From NCBI GenBank assembly GCA_002104905.1, contig MCFE01000160.1, positions 85,450 to 149,449 of the forward strand: a stretch of DNA of 64,000 bases, given 5' to 3'. Position 1 is the first letter of the stretch. Each line of letters begins with the position of its first letter. Positions 1-12,872 of the stretch are shown here, one piece after another. A program made the translations under genes and the position numbers. The notes under the pieces are model-generated. The model did not search any database. It had not been told where the DNA came from and saw only the letters and a program-made list of their open reading frames with translations. Source of the stretch: Basidiobolus meristosporus CBS 931.73 (lineage: Eukaryota > Fungi > Basidiobolomycota).

Positions 1-1031
1 GTGCCTAATTGGCACTCTTCCAGCTACCAGATATCTTTTTAATGCTTGTCTGAAGCTTTCAGCCCTGCTTGTAACAGGCTCATGAGGAATCCGCTGGTTT
101 TTATCCATGGCACCCTTGTTCTTCTGTTTTTGATAGTTACTGCTATTCTTAAGGTACTTCTTACCATACCAATGCTGGCCCAAATTCCATTTGCTTGATT
201 GCATCCAGGATAATGCTCATGGAACAAGTCAAGTGCATTCTGCTTGGCCTTGAGCTCCTGATGGTCCCATGGTATGCTGGCCTCAGGGTGATGGCATGCT
301 AGACTCCTGATGGCCTCTTGAATATTAGCCCACTGTTCATTATTGCACTCAACATTTTCACAGATCTCCAATGTCTTTTAATTTTGAGGCTTTGGTATAA
401 GCACCACATTGTCTCCCTCTGATGCTGTGATAGGTTTTTCTGTGGGCTTCATCTTTTGGGACTGTTGTTGTGCTTCAAAGACTCTACAGTGTTTCTCTGC
501 TGTTACATTGCAAAATGGCTCAATTCTTGGCTGTGACATTGAGCAACTTGAGTCCCTTTGTTGCAGCAAAGATACTGCTTTTGCTACCTGGGATATTGAC
601 TGCTCTACACATATTATCTGCTCATTCTGTTTCTGGTCTGTTTCCTGATTTCTCTGGGCCATTGCATCTATCCTATCAGCCACTGCACCTAATTGCTTTA
701 ATAATGCCTTGGTATGAGCTGACATTATACTTGCTGATATGGGTGGAAGTGATGTTATCATGGCCACTTGCTGGTATTCAACTGAGGGTACTGTGTTTGC
801 TACATTGTCATCTGTCTGAGCATAATGGCCAGCTTGTGGCTCCACAGAGGTTCCCAATTGCCTACTTGACTGAGAGTATGAGGAGTCTTCATTATTACCT
901 TCAGTAGGCACACTGTTAACATGGCCTTCTTTGGATGTGGTCCTGCTTGATGCACTAAATGTCAAAGCAAGCTGTTGTCCAACCATTCTTTTGCTGCCAT
1001 CAGCAGTGGGGTTTGGTTGCAAACCAGACAA
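1..1031 (-). pseudogene. Accessory ORF2 of transposon copy A (fragmented)
   Basis: ORFs 378-1031 and 39-371 match ORFs 7781-8302 and 7352-7630 of copy B; broken by stops or frameshifts. Confidence 0.7.
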
Positions 1032-1181
1032 CTTTGCTTTATTTTTGGCAACATATATATGGAAGTGGGTTAAACCAAAGGGGAAATAGTGTTACATATA
1101 CATGTGTATATGGAGCCACAACTTTATTTATAAAGCTTACTACGGCAGGCCATCATTGAGTCATACATTCTCATAGGTGCA

Positions 1182-3900
1182 ATGTCTCAAATACAAGACT
1201 GTCTTAAACTCACGTGAGTATTGACAAAAACAAGATATTATAGCATTACATTGCTGAAGGTCAAACTGTTTGCCCCATGGACAAGACTACTTCAATTCAG
1301 CACCATAAGAGAAGAGAAAAAAGACCATGTGGCTATTGTAGCAAGCCACTCAGCCATGAAGCATGCAGACAGCATAGGAAGTATTACAAGGATCATGGCC
1401 AGTATTTTAACACATAAGTCATATTTGACCATTCATTGGTCACTACTGTACTAACATTATCTTGCCAGCCAGTTGATACTTCTATATCAGCACCTAGCTA
1501 TCTTTGTCACTCTATACAAACTGAGTCAGGTGAGTTTGTGATGCTTTTAGGCTCACCTCAGCCTTCTGAATATGGCATGCAGAGTGATAGCTCTGACAAA
1601 GAAGATCAACTGATGGATTGTGAGCCTATCTCCCTTAACAACAGTACCACATATGAGCCAGGTCAAATCCCAATATGCAATGAGACAACACCAGTTGAAA
1701 TAAATGCCAAGGATACATTATGGAGCCAAGTGAGCCCAGTAATATATCTACTGTTGAATGATGTAATGTTGTGGCTGGAGAAGTGGCGTGTTTCCACTAA
1801 TATCAGTAATGGGAGCTTTGAGGATTTATTACTACTTCCTGCCAAAATCATACCAGGATGCAAATTACCATGTACATTTTGCAAGTGGACAAGTGTCATG
1901 CAGCTGGTAACATATGAACCAGAGACTGCCCTGATTCCAGCATGTGTTAGCAGTTGCATGGCATTCACATCCAAAAGTGCTACCATTGCAATGTGTTCAA
2001 ATTGTCAGGAATCCACTGCCATTGAGGGCAAACATTGTTCACACTAAATATATATTACAGTAATACCCCATATAAAGAAGCTATTGCAGTGTAACGAATA
2101 TTGCAAGGCTATGCAGTCCCACACTCAGTATCAATCAGGCACAAACATATCCAATATATTTGATGGCCAACATTGCAAACAGCAAAGAAGCAAGGGCTAC
2201 TTTGAAGGTATGTATGACCATGCCTTTGCCTTAGCACTTGAAGGATTCTCATTAAACAAGTACTCAACTAGCAAATTCTGCTGGCCACTGATTCTCATCA
2301 ATCTGAATCTGCCACCCATCTTACAGCATCAGAGCAATAATCTGATGGTAGTCTCACTAGTATCTGGGCCTAAATTACCATCCAACCTGGATGGCTACCT
2401 GCATCCATTGCTGGATGAGTTTTGTATGCTTTCCAGTGGGATAATAGTAAATGGCCATCATATAGAAGCGCAAATTATTATCTGCATTGGAGATACCCCA
2501 GCCATCAGCAAGATGGCAGGTTTTTCTGGGCATTACAGATGGTATTACTGTCAAATGTGTGCAATCAAAGGAATATACTTCATAACTCAGACACATTATT
2601 ATTACCCAAACACCAGCACTAAGATCATCATCTTGCCATGGAGAGAACGTAGAGTAGTCAGCATGCAATTGCAGCAAAGTTGGCAAGCTATAAGCCATTG
2701 GCCAGAATATGGAACCAATTGGAAACTGAATATATCAAAGATAGAGGGTATCTGTTGGAGCAAAAGCTTTCCACTGGGAGCAATGCATTTGCTGTTCAAC
2801 AATATCCCTATACTGATGGGCAAGTTGCACATGGGGCACTTCCAGCTATATGAGCCTTTCAAGATACCAACAAAACTTGAAAGAATTGGCAAGATATTAC
2901 AGAGTATCTGTTACTGTAAGTACTACTCATGGGCTCCAATTAATACTCATATGCATATGCAACAACACAAATGCAAAGACTGGATGAACTGGATATGTAT
3001 TTATTCAAGTAGTGCTCTAAAGCCATTGCTACCAAGAGTACATTGGAAGCATTGGGAGTCATATGTGGGCATTGTAGGAATATTTATCCATATGCAGATG
3101 ACCAATGCCAACTTGATGCATCTACAGCTGTTCTGCCCAAAGTTTGTGACAGGATTTGAGCGGCTATACTACAAACATGAAGCTGAACATGTAGATCTCT
3201 GCTGCCACTGAATCCATTTTCTACTCCATCTTGCATGGTGTGTGAAGAATATTGGGCCTTGCTTCACCTTTTGGGAGTTTCCTATTGAGCAGATGTGTGG
3301 GGAAATAGGAAGACAAGGAAAGCTGTAGGTACTACCATATACCAATCTCATCAATAATACTACCTTCAAGTTGGTCATGGATGTGATGAGTTGCCAGATG
3401 GAGGACAGCCAGGAAGAGGTGAAAAAACTGAGGACAGATGTGCACATGCAGACACCTATGCCTATGGCATTAAGAAGCAAAGCAGCCACAACACATGGGT
3501 AATCAGTTAAGTAATGCAAAGTTGGGTTGGTGTAACAAGCAACTAATTTTTATTAGGAAAACTCTACCAAGGTATGCTGGATTTTCTTGGTCACAAGCCA
3601 ACTTCTACACAATTCAGTACAGAATTCACAGAAACAAGAGCCAGAGTGCACCTATCAGGGGGACTAGAATCCAGCAGGGAGAAGGAATATACTGGCTCAA
3701 TACTAAGAAGTTCTTTGTGGATATTTATGAGGTATTCATGGCAAAAGTGGCAACTTTGCAAGTATCACACTAAAAAGCTGTAAAGTTGAGGTGATAGAAG
3801 TATGTCTATTGTGGCAGGTGTGCATGCTTGTAGGGGTTAGTAAGCAGGAGGCCAAAGTTTTTTTTGATTTGAACTATATGTGAAATACCCAAGGTAGTAG
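1182..3900 (+). pseudogene. tnp2/Transposase_21 (En/Spm-CACTA) DDE transposase, degenerate, copy A
   Basis: Motifs IFDG..Y, ALEGF, WPLILINLNLPP, GP..P..LD.YL.PL.DE, GDTPA, CxxC, MHLLFNN and W.FP.E.MCG; several in-frame stops. The end coordinate is approximate. Confidence 0.88.
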
Positions 3901-5211
3901 TGGGTAGGCCAATAAAGTGGTGTGATTCTACAGTGGAATATATGAATTGCACAAAGGGAAGTAGAAAAAGAAACAACCATTTGGTATATCCCTATGAGAA
4001 ATTATTGAGATGATCCCATAAAAAGGCCATCACAAAGTTAATGTCCCGTGACTGAGAGGTACTGATCTTATCAGGACTCTCTCCAAAGACTGTTGAAAAA
4101 TAATTGCACCCCAGATTTCACAAAAAACTTTGTCAAAATCTTTCATCACAACAATGTATAAGTGACTTTTGATTGGTTCCCTGCCAACTCGCTCACTTTC
4201 TGATCCTGGACACTCTATTGCCTCCTATGTTTGTGTGAATTGATTGGCTATTGCCTCTTTTTCTCACTCCTTACTTCCTGACTCAACTGTTTCTCTTACT
4301 TTTCATGCGTACCAATGGACTTATTTTTGTTAAAACTTCAGTTGTACCTCAATTGCCAATTGTATAGGCCTATACAAGTCTCTATACCCAACACTAACAT
4401 TAAGCCCAACCCCATACTCAACAAGTAACTCCATTAAAATCCACCACTCAATAAGTATATCTGCTGTAATGCTCTGGTTCCACTACTTTGGCAGGAACCC
4501 AACAGCTTTATGCCACTGTTCATTCACTGGTTCCCACACGTCCTGGTCTTCAGCCAGCACTGCAAGGTCTAGCTCCTCATCTGCCAGTCTTTGCAATAAA
4601 TCCTTGCAATATTCCAGTGCATTTTCTTAAGCACTGCTCTTGAAGAAGTGCTGCAACCTCTTGGTGTGCCTATTAATGTTCCAAAACTCCCCTGAAGGCA
4701 TTGTGATAGTCTTTTGAGCTCTTGAGGTTGTAGCCTTGTCTGTCAGTGGGATCTTCACTCTGTCAACAATGGAGCCTGTGGAGGCTGTGGAGGCTGTGAT
4801 AGACAAATTGCCTTTTGCAGCAAACTCATCTACCTTGCTGGAGTGTAGCTCAACTAGCAGTGCTTCCAACTCTTGTGAAAACAGCTGTTTTCTTGTTGGT
4901 AACTCTTCTTGGCTATGATGGGATTCAGTCTGTTCCTGCTTGTGGCGTTAATTGGCAAGAACTGCAGTTTTTTTGGATGCCTCCCTGTCTCAGGCTTGGG
5001 TGGACATTTTTCCCTTTGCCTTTTCCTTTATCACTGCCAGGTCTTTCACTGGTACTTTGTCTGAGTGCTTCTTGTAAAGAACTACGTTTTCTCCTGGATA
5101 AATTCTGCTCTGACGCATCTGTTTTGGCCTGCTTGTCCCTTGCTGGCACTCTTCTGGTAACCTGACGTTTCTTTTCAGCTTGTTTTGAGCTCTCAACTGT
5201 AGTTGTGACGG

Positions 5212-7088
5212 TGTGGTGGTGTATAGGTCCAAGGGAGTGATACGTCCAACACTTCTCAAGTGTTTTGTGTGTGGGGTGTTCACTGGGTGCAATAACCTCT
5301 GGCAAACGCTTGCTAGGAATACTTGGGTTCTGTCTCTAATCTAATGTGAAGGGGAATAAAGCCACAAGCTTGTCAAGGGAAAACTATTGAGCTACAATCC
5401 CCAACTTAGTTGGCGTCTTAACAAAAGGATGTGCTGGGTTCAGCGTCCTTTGAGATGACAATGTACTAAAGCTTCCAAAGTCAAAACAGCTGTAAACTTC
5501 ACCAGCAGGGACTTGATAAGAATGCAGCTGTGGTCAATAGTTAAAAAGACAGAAAAGTATCTTTGCCTGTACAAGAACAAACTTGGGAAAGAATCAAATA
5601 TAATAAAAGATACCTACTCTGAGTATTCCTCACAAGTAGTGCCTCCAAGGTCAGTTGGCTGTCAGCACGGTTTCCTGGGAGTGTCCTGTGGTCTGGGGTT
5701 GGAAGTTCAGGTAGCAGCAGGTAGCAGTGATCACACTAATCAACAAGTTGGTATATTGATAAAAGGGATGATGATTAACTGTTGAGGGATAGCCTCCCTT
5801 ATATACTTTTCTCACTGGCTAAGTGATTACTAATCATGGTGTTCCAGAAGGTTCTGGATATCAATGGAAATCTTAATGACATCAGAATGACCTAAGAATG
5901 TTCTAAGTATGTGCCGGAAGGTTCCAAGAGGCACAGCATATCCAACCAATCAGGAGTCAGTATTCAAAACCTGTGTAACATAGGGATACCATATATGGTA
6001 TGGAAATGGTAGGTATGGCAACACGGGTTGATCATGTGTCACGGGTACTGGCGCTGTGGTGGTGTAGAGGTACTCCTGGGAGAAGCTACACAACTCAAGG
6101 TGTGTGAGGTGTCTGATGGGTGCAATAACATCTGTGTCTAAACTGCTGGTGTCTTTGTCAATATGTCACTATGGTAAAAGCTCCTGCTTCTCTAGCTTCC
6201 TAGGTGCTCCAAGTGTCTCCAAAGGCCTCTGTGTGTCTTGTGCACTACCCTGAAAAGCTCCTTGATGGCAGGTCTGAGATGTACTGTTGAAGGCAGGTGC
6301 AGTGATCAACTGCTAATCAATAAGGTAGAAGTGTTACTAATAGAAGGGATGATTTATTGATGAGGGATTGCTTTCCCTTAAATACTTTTCCTGATTGCCA
6401 AGTGATTACTAATGACAAGGTTCTAGAAGATTCTAGGTATCAGTGGAATTCTTGATGACATCACTATGAGCTAAAAATATGCCAAGAATGTCCTGGAAGG
6501 TTCTAAAAGGCACAGCACTCTCAACCAATCAGGAATCAGTAGTCTGAAACCTGTGCAACATAGAAATACCATATATGGTATTGAAATGGTAGAGATGGTA
6601 ACACAGACCTAGGTCATGTGTCAAGGGTACTGACGCGGGTACTTGCCTTATATAGATGCATCTACTGATCACAAAGCTGAATAACATCTGGGATAACTAA
6701 TGCTAATAACTAATCAGGGTAAACATCATATGGGGATAATACTGATAATATGGGCAAAAGAAGAATGGGATAATACTGATAAGATAAAATATGGATAAGT
6801 ATATCATAATGACTATATGAATAAACTTGTCTGTGGGAGGTATGTTTACCCTACCACAGCGCGGGTACTTGCCTAATATAGGAGCGCTTATAGCTAGTAA
6901 TCTACATAAAGTGAGGGGTAACTTATGCAATAAGGTAAGCAGGTGTGGTAGTCAACTGGCTTATGGGATAGTACTGATTGGGTAAGACAAATGGGATAAA
7001 ACTAAAATAAATGTAGTAGAGATATAGGGATGTAGAAAATGAGGGAATGAGCACATCTGTCAGTGGGTGTCACTGTCACCCCACTACA
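5212..7088. mobile_element. Solo LTR, family Y1 (about 1069 bp core), carrying a nested Y2 LTR
   Basis: Termini TGTGGTGG...CCACTACA; 4-bp TSD ACGG at 5208-5211 and 7089-7092; 5700-6054 aligns with 6290-6640 of the inner LTR. Confidence 0.85.
6055..6858. mobile_element. Solo LTR, family Y2 (804 bp), probably Ty3/gypsy-type
   Basis: Termini TGTGGT...ACCACA; 4-bp TSD GCGC on both sides; near-identical to 8405-9208; has TATA-like, CCAAT and GATAA-rich motifs. Confidence 0.88.
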
Positions 7089-8404
7089 ACGGGCTCCTGT
7101 AAAAGTGGCTGGTTTTTATCACTGCCAGATCCTTCACTGCTACTTTGACTGGGTGTTTCTTGAGTGGTACTATGCTTTTTCCTTGATAGATGTTGTGCTG
7201 GTGCATCCATGTCTGCCTGCTTGTCCTTAATTGGCACTCTTCCAGCTGCCTGATGTCTCTTTGACACTTGTCTGGAGCTTTCAGCCCTGCTTGTAATGGG
7301 CTCTTGAGGAAGCCACTGGTTTTTAGCCATGGCACCCTTGTTCTTCTGCCTTTAATACTTTCTGCTATTCTTAAGATACTTTCTTGGCATACCAATGCTG
7401 GCCCAAAATCCGTTTGCCTGTTTGAATCCAGGATAATGCTCATGGAACAAGTCAAGTGCATTCTGCTTGGCCTTGAGTTCCTGATGGTCCCATGGTATGC
7501 CAGCCTTAAGGTGATGGCATGCTAGACTTCTGACAGCCTCTTGTATATTAGCCCACTCTTCATTATTGCACTCAACGGCTTTACGGATCTTCAATGTCTT
7601 TTGATTTTTAGGCTTTGGTATAAACACCACATTGTCTCCCTCCCATGCTGTGATAGGTTTTTCTGTGGGCTTTATCTTTTGGCACTCTTGTTGTACTTCA
7701 AAGAGTGTACAGTGCTCCTCTGCTGTTACATTGGGAAATGGCTCAATTCACGGCTGTGACATGGAGCTACTTGAGTTCCTTCATTGTAGCAAAGATACTG
7801 CTTTCTCTACCTGGGATATTGATTGCTCTACACATATTATCCGCTCATCCTGTTTCTGGACTACTTCCTGATTTCTCTGGGCCATTGCATCTATCCTATC
7901 AGCTACTGCATCTAATTGCTTCATTAATGCTTTGGTATGAGCTGACAACATACTTGCTAATATGGGTGGTGGTGATGTTATTGTGGCCACTTGCTGATCT
8001 TCAACAGAGGGTACTGCATTTGCTACATTCTCATCTGCCTGAGCATAACGGTCTGCTTGTGGCTCCACAGAGGTTCTCAATTGCCTACTTGACTGACAGC
8101 CTGAGGAGTCCGCATTATTACCTTCAATGGGCACACTGTCTACAGGGCTTTTTTTGGATGTAGCCCTGCTTGTTGCACTGAATGTCTGAGCAAGCTGTTG
8201 TCCAACTGTTCTTCTGTAGCCATCAGCAATGGGGTTTGGTTGAGAACCAGACAACTTTGCTTTATTTTTTGGCAGCATATATTTGGAAGTGAGCCAAAGC
8301 AAAGGGGAAATAGTGTTACATATACATGTGTATGTGGTGCCACAACTTTAATTATAATGCTTACTATGGCAGGTCATCATTGAATCTTACATTCATGTAG
8401 GCAT

Positions 8405-9208
8405 TGTGGTGGTGTAGAGGTACTCCTGGGAGAAGCTACACAACTCAAGGTGTGTGAGGTGTCTGATGGGTGCAATAACCTCTGTGTCTAAACTGCTGGT
8501 GTCTTTGTCAATATGTCACTATGGTAAAAGCTCCTGCTTCTCTAGCTCCCTAGGTGCTCCAAGTGTCTCCAAAGGCCTCTGTGTGTCTTGTGCACTACCC
8601 TGAAAAGCTCCTTGATGGCAGGTCTGAGATGTACTGTTGAAGGCAGGTGCAGTGATCAACTGCTAATCAATAAGGTAGAAGTGTTACTGATAGAAGGGAT
8701 GATTTATTGATGAGGGATTGCTTTCCCTTAAATACTTTTCCTGATTGCCAAGTGATTACTAATGACAAGGTTCTAGAAGATTCTAGGTATCAGTGGAATT
8801 CTTGATGACATCACTATGAGCTAAAAATATGCCAAGAATGTCCTGGAAGGTTCTAAAAGGCACAGCACTCTCAACCAATCAGGAATCAGTAGTCTGAAAC
8901 CTGTGCAACATAGAAATACCATTTATGGTATTGAAATGGTAGGGATGGTAACACAGACCTAGGTAATGTGTCACGGGTACTGACATGGGTACTTGCCTTA
9001 TATAGATACATCTACTGATCACAAAGCTGAATAACATCTGGGATAACTAATGCTAATAACTAATCAGGGTAAACATCATATGGGGATAACACTGATAATA
9101 TGGGCAAAAGAAGAATAGGATAATACTGATAAGATAAAATATGGATAAGTATATCATAATGACTATATGAATAAACTTGTCTGTGGGAGGTATGTTTACC
9201 CTACCACA
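8405..9208. mobile_element. Solo LTR, family Y2 (804 bp), second copy
   Basis: Same termini as 6055-6858, with roughly a dozen substitutions. Flanks are GCAT/GCGT (TSD with one CpG-type change). The site is empty in copy A at about 1177-1181. Confidence 0.88.
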
Positions 9209-9213
9209 GCGTG

Positions 9214-12000
9214 ATGTCTCAAATACAAGACTGTCTTAAGTTTGCATGAGTATTGACCAAAATGTGATATAATAGCATTACGTTGTTGAACGTCAAACTG
9301 TTTGCCCCATGGACAAGACTACTTTGACTCAACACCATAAGCAAAGAGAAAAAAGACCATGTGGCTATTGTGGCAAGCCTCTCAGCCATGAAGCATGCAG
9401 ACAGCATAGGAAGTATTACAAGGATCATGGCCAGTGTTTTGCCACCCAAGTCATAATTGACCATTCATTGGTCACTACTGTACTAACATTATCTTGCCAG
9501 CTGGTTGATACTTCTATATTGGCACCTGGCTGTCTTTGTCACCTTGCGCAAACTGAGTCAGGTGAGTTTGTGATGCCTTTAGGCCTACATCAGCCTTCTG
9601 AATATGGCATGTAGAGTGATAGCTCTGACAAAGAAGGTTCACTGATGGATTTTGAGCCTATCTCCCCTGACAACAGTACCACATATGAGCCCGGTCAAAT
9701 CCCTATATGCAATGAGACAACACCTGTTGAGACAAATGCCAAGGATACTTTATGGAGCCAAGTGAGCCCAGTAATCCATCTACTGGTGAATGATGTGATG
9801 TTGTGGCTAGAGAAGTGGCGCATTTCCACTAATATCAGTAATGGGGGCTTCAAGGATTTATTACTACTTCTTGCCAAAATCATACCGGGATGCAACTTGC
9901 CATGTACATGGTACAAGTGGACAATTGTCATGCGGCTAGCAACATATGATCCAGAGACTGTCCTGATTCCAGCATGTGTTAACAGTTGCATGGCATTCAC
10001 ATCCAAAAATGCTACCATTGCAATATGTCCAAATTGTCAGCAATCCACCACCATTGAGGGAAACATTGTTCACATTCTGGATATATTCCAGTCATACCCC
10101 ATCTGAGGAAGCTGATGCAGTCCGACAAATATTGCAAAGCTATACAGTACCGCACTCAGTATCAATCAATCTCAAACATATCCAATATATTTGATGGCAA
10201 GCATTACAAACAGCTAAGAAGCAAGGGCTACTTTGAAGGTATGTATGACCATACCTTTGCTTTAGCACTTGATGGATTCTCATTAAACAAGAACTGTACC
10301 AGTAAATCCTGCTGGCCACTGATTCTCATCAATCTGAATCTGCCACCCATCTTATGGTATCAGAGCAATAATCTGATGGTAGTCTCACTGGTATCTGGGC
10401 CTGAATCACCGTCCAACCTGGATAGCTACCTGTATCCATTGCTGAATGAATTTTTTATGCTTTCCAGTGGGATAATGGTAAATGGCCATCATGTAAAAGC
10501 GCATATTATTATCGGCATTGGAGATATCCCAGCCATCAGCAATATAGCAGGTTTTTCTGGGCACAATGGATGGTATTGCTGTCAAATGTGTGAAACCCAG
10601 GGGATTTATTCCATAACGCACACACATTATTATTACCCGAACACCAGCAATAAGAACATCATCTTTTCACAGAGAGAACATACAGAAGTAGGCATACAAT
10701 TGCAGCAAAGTTGGCAAGCTTTAAGCAATTGGCCAGAATATGGAATCAATTGGAAACTGGAGATACTTAAGATAGAAAGTATCTGTTGGAGCAAAAGCTT
10801 TCCACTGGGAGCTATGCATTTTCTTTTCAACAATATCCCTATACTGATGACCAAGTTGTACATGGGGCATTTCAAGCGAAATGAGCCCTTTGAGATACCA
10901 GAGAAATTTAAAAAAATTGGCAAGATATAACAGAGTATCCACTACCCTAAGTACTTCTCATGGGCTCCAATTAATATACATACACATATATGACAATACA
11001 AATGCAAAGACTGGATGAACTGGATATGTATTTATTCAAGTGGTGTCTGAAGCCATTCCTACCAAGAGTACATGGGAAGCATTGGGAGTCATATGTGGAC
11101 ATTGTAGGAGTATTTATCCAGAAGCGGATCACCAATGCCAACTTGATGCATCTACAGCTGTTGTGTGAGAAGTTTGTGATGGGATTTGAGTGGCTATACT
11201 GAAAACATAAAGCTGAATATGTAGATCTCTGCCGCTACTGTATCCATTCTCTACTCCATCTTGTATGGTGTGTGGAGAATATTGGGCCTTGCTTCACCTT
11301 TTAGGAGTTTCCTATGGAGCGGATGTGTGGGGAGATAGGAAGACAAGTCAAGTTGCTGGTACTACCATATCCCAATCTCATCAAGAATATTACCTTCAAG
11401 TCTGTCATGGATGTGATGAGTTGGCACATGGAGGACAGCTAGACAGAGTTGAAAAATACTGAGGACAAATGTGCACATGGAGACACCTATGCCCATGGCA
11501 TTAAGAAGCTAAGCAGCCCCAATGTGTGGGTAATCAGTTAAGTAATGCAAAGTTGGGTTGGGTGCAACAAGCAATTAATTTTTATCAGGAAAACTCCACC
11601 AAGATATGCTGGATTTCTTGTGGTCACAAGCCAACTTCTACACCATTCAATATGGAGTTCACACAAACATAAGCCAGAGCCCCCCTATAAGGGGGACTAG
11701 GATCCAGCAGGGAGAAGGAATATATTGGCTAAATACCAAGAAGTTCTTTGCCAATATTCAGGAGGTATTCATGGCAGAAGTGGCATCAACCAAGCATATG
11801 CTTTCAAGATGTATATGCTACCAGCAGTACAAAGTATATGGCAACTTTGCAAGTATCACACTAAAAAGCCGTAAAGTTCAGGTGCTAGAAGTATGTCAAT
11901 TGCGGCAGGTGTGCGCGTTTGTAGAGGTTAGTAAGCAGGAGGTCATAGATTTTTTTGATTTGAACTATATGTGGAATACCCAAGGTAGTAGTGGGTAAGC
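9214..12000 (+). pseudogene. tnp2/CACTA DDE transposase, degenerate, copy B
   Basis: N-terminal CxxC...C..H motif, then ALDGF, GDIPA, CxxC, MHFLFNN and FPMERMCG; multiple stops. The end coordinate is approximate. Confidence 0.88.
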
Positions 12001-12475
12001 AAATAAAGAAAGGTGATTCTACAGTGGAGTATATGAATTGCACAAGGGGAGGTAGAAAAGGAAATACCATTTGGTAAATTGGTACTGTAGCATTATACAG
12101 AACCAGCAGCAGGCTGTCATATTGCCAAGAAACAGCCATCAAAGTCTTGCTGTGAGGCCGTCAAAATACCATCAAGTTGCTTGCCATATAAGGCAATTGG
12201 AAGTCCTGGCCAACTGGATCCACTTAAAATAGTAATAGAGTGCTGAAAGACCGCAACAATAACATGCAAATATTGTCACAGCACCAATCAAAAGTTGTCA
12301 AGTTTTGTCCCTTTATTTGGCTGTAAAATTTGTAAAACACCGTCATGATCTCATTATAACATTGTCAGGAGGGTCACTAATTCAAAGCTGCTGTTATTAT
12401 GAGGGTCTCTGAACAGGATCTTGATGGATGATCCAGATTGGATCCACCTCCAGGACCAAATTATTTTTCATAGGG

Positions 12476-12872
12476 ATATTGGTATGGTTGCATTATACAG
12501 AACTAACTGTAGGCTGCCATACTGCTGTTATAATGCCATCAGAGTCTTGCTGTGAGACTGTTGAAATACCGTCAAGTTTTTATCATAAAAGGCAATTGGA
12601 TGTCCTGGCCAGTTAGATCTATTTAAGTAGTTGTAGAGTGCAACAAGACCGCAACAATGCCATGCAATTATTGTCACAGGACCAATCAAATCTCATCAAG
12701 TTTTATAACTGTTTTTGGCAGTAAAATTAGCAAGACACCATTGTGTTTCTGCCATAAGATCAATAAGAGGTCACTAATTCCAAGCTGCAGGTGTTATGAT
12801 GGTCTCTAAACAGGATTGTGACAGCTGATTGGGACTGGTCCCACCCATGGGACCAAATTATTTTTTATAGGG
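12476..12872. mobile_element. 3' end of transposon copy A
   Basis: Homologous to 12076-12475 and ends in the same TIR, AATTATTTTTTATAGGG, at 12872. Confidence 0.88.

Larger units (their letters stand above)
1..3989. mobile_element. CCCTA-type CACTA/CMC DNA transposon, copy A (left part; its 5' end lies before the window; interrupted at 3990 by copy B)
   Basis: Colinear and highly similar to 7223-12080 of copy B. It resumes at 12476, where the flanks ttggtATAT | ATATtgg restore the motif seen uninterrupted as ttggtaaattgg at 12071 and 15309. Confidence 0.88.
4150..8302 (-). pseudogene. Accessory ORF2 of copy B, split by the LTR insertion at 5212-7088
   Basis: Removing 5212-7088 and one ACGG rejoins the frame as ...PLLQEP-VTTTVESSKQ...; contains two copies of a roughly 69-aa repeat. 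Boundaries are approximate. Confidence 0.7.
3990..12475. mobile_element. Complete CCCTA-type CACTA/CMC transposon, copy B (about 5.8 kb core plus LTR insertions)
   Basis: Terminal inverted repeats CCCTATGAGAAATTATT (3990) and AATTATTTTTCATAGGG (ends 12475) match at 15/17. ATAT is duplicated at 3986-3989 and 12476-12479. Contains divergent ORF2 (-) and transposase (+). Confidence 0.92.

Noticed and set aside
6055-9208. Two near-identical 804-bp direct repeats read as the paired LTRs of one retrotransposon
   Set aside because: Each has its own TSD, and the sequence between them is Y1 LTR plus transposon ORF2 with no gag/pol. They are independent solo LTRs.
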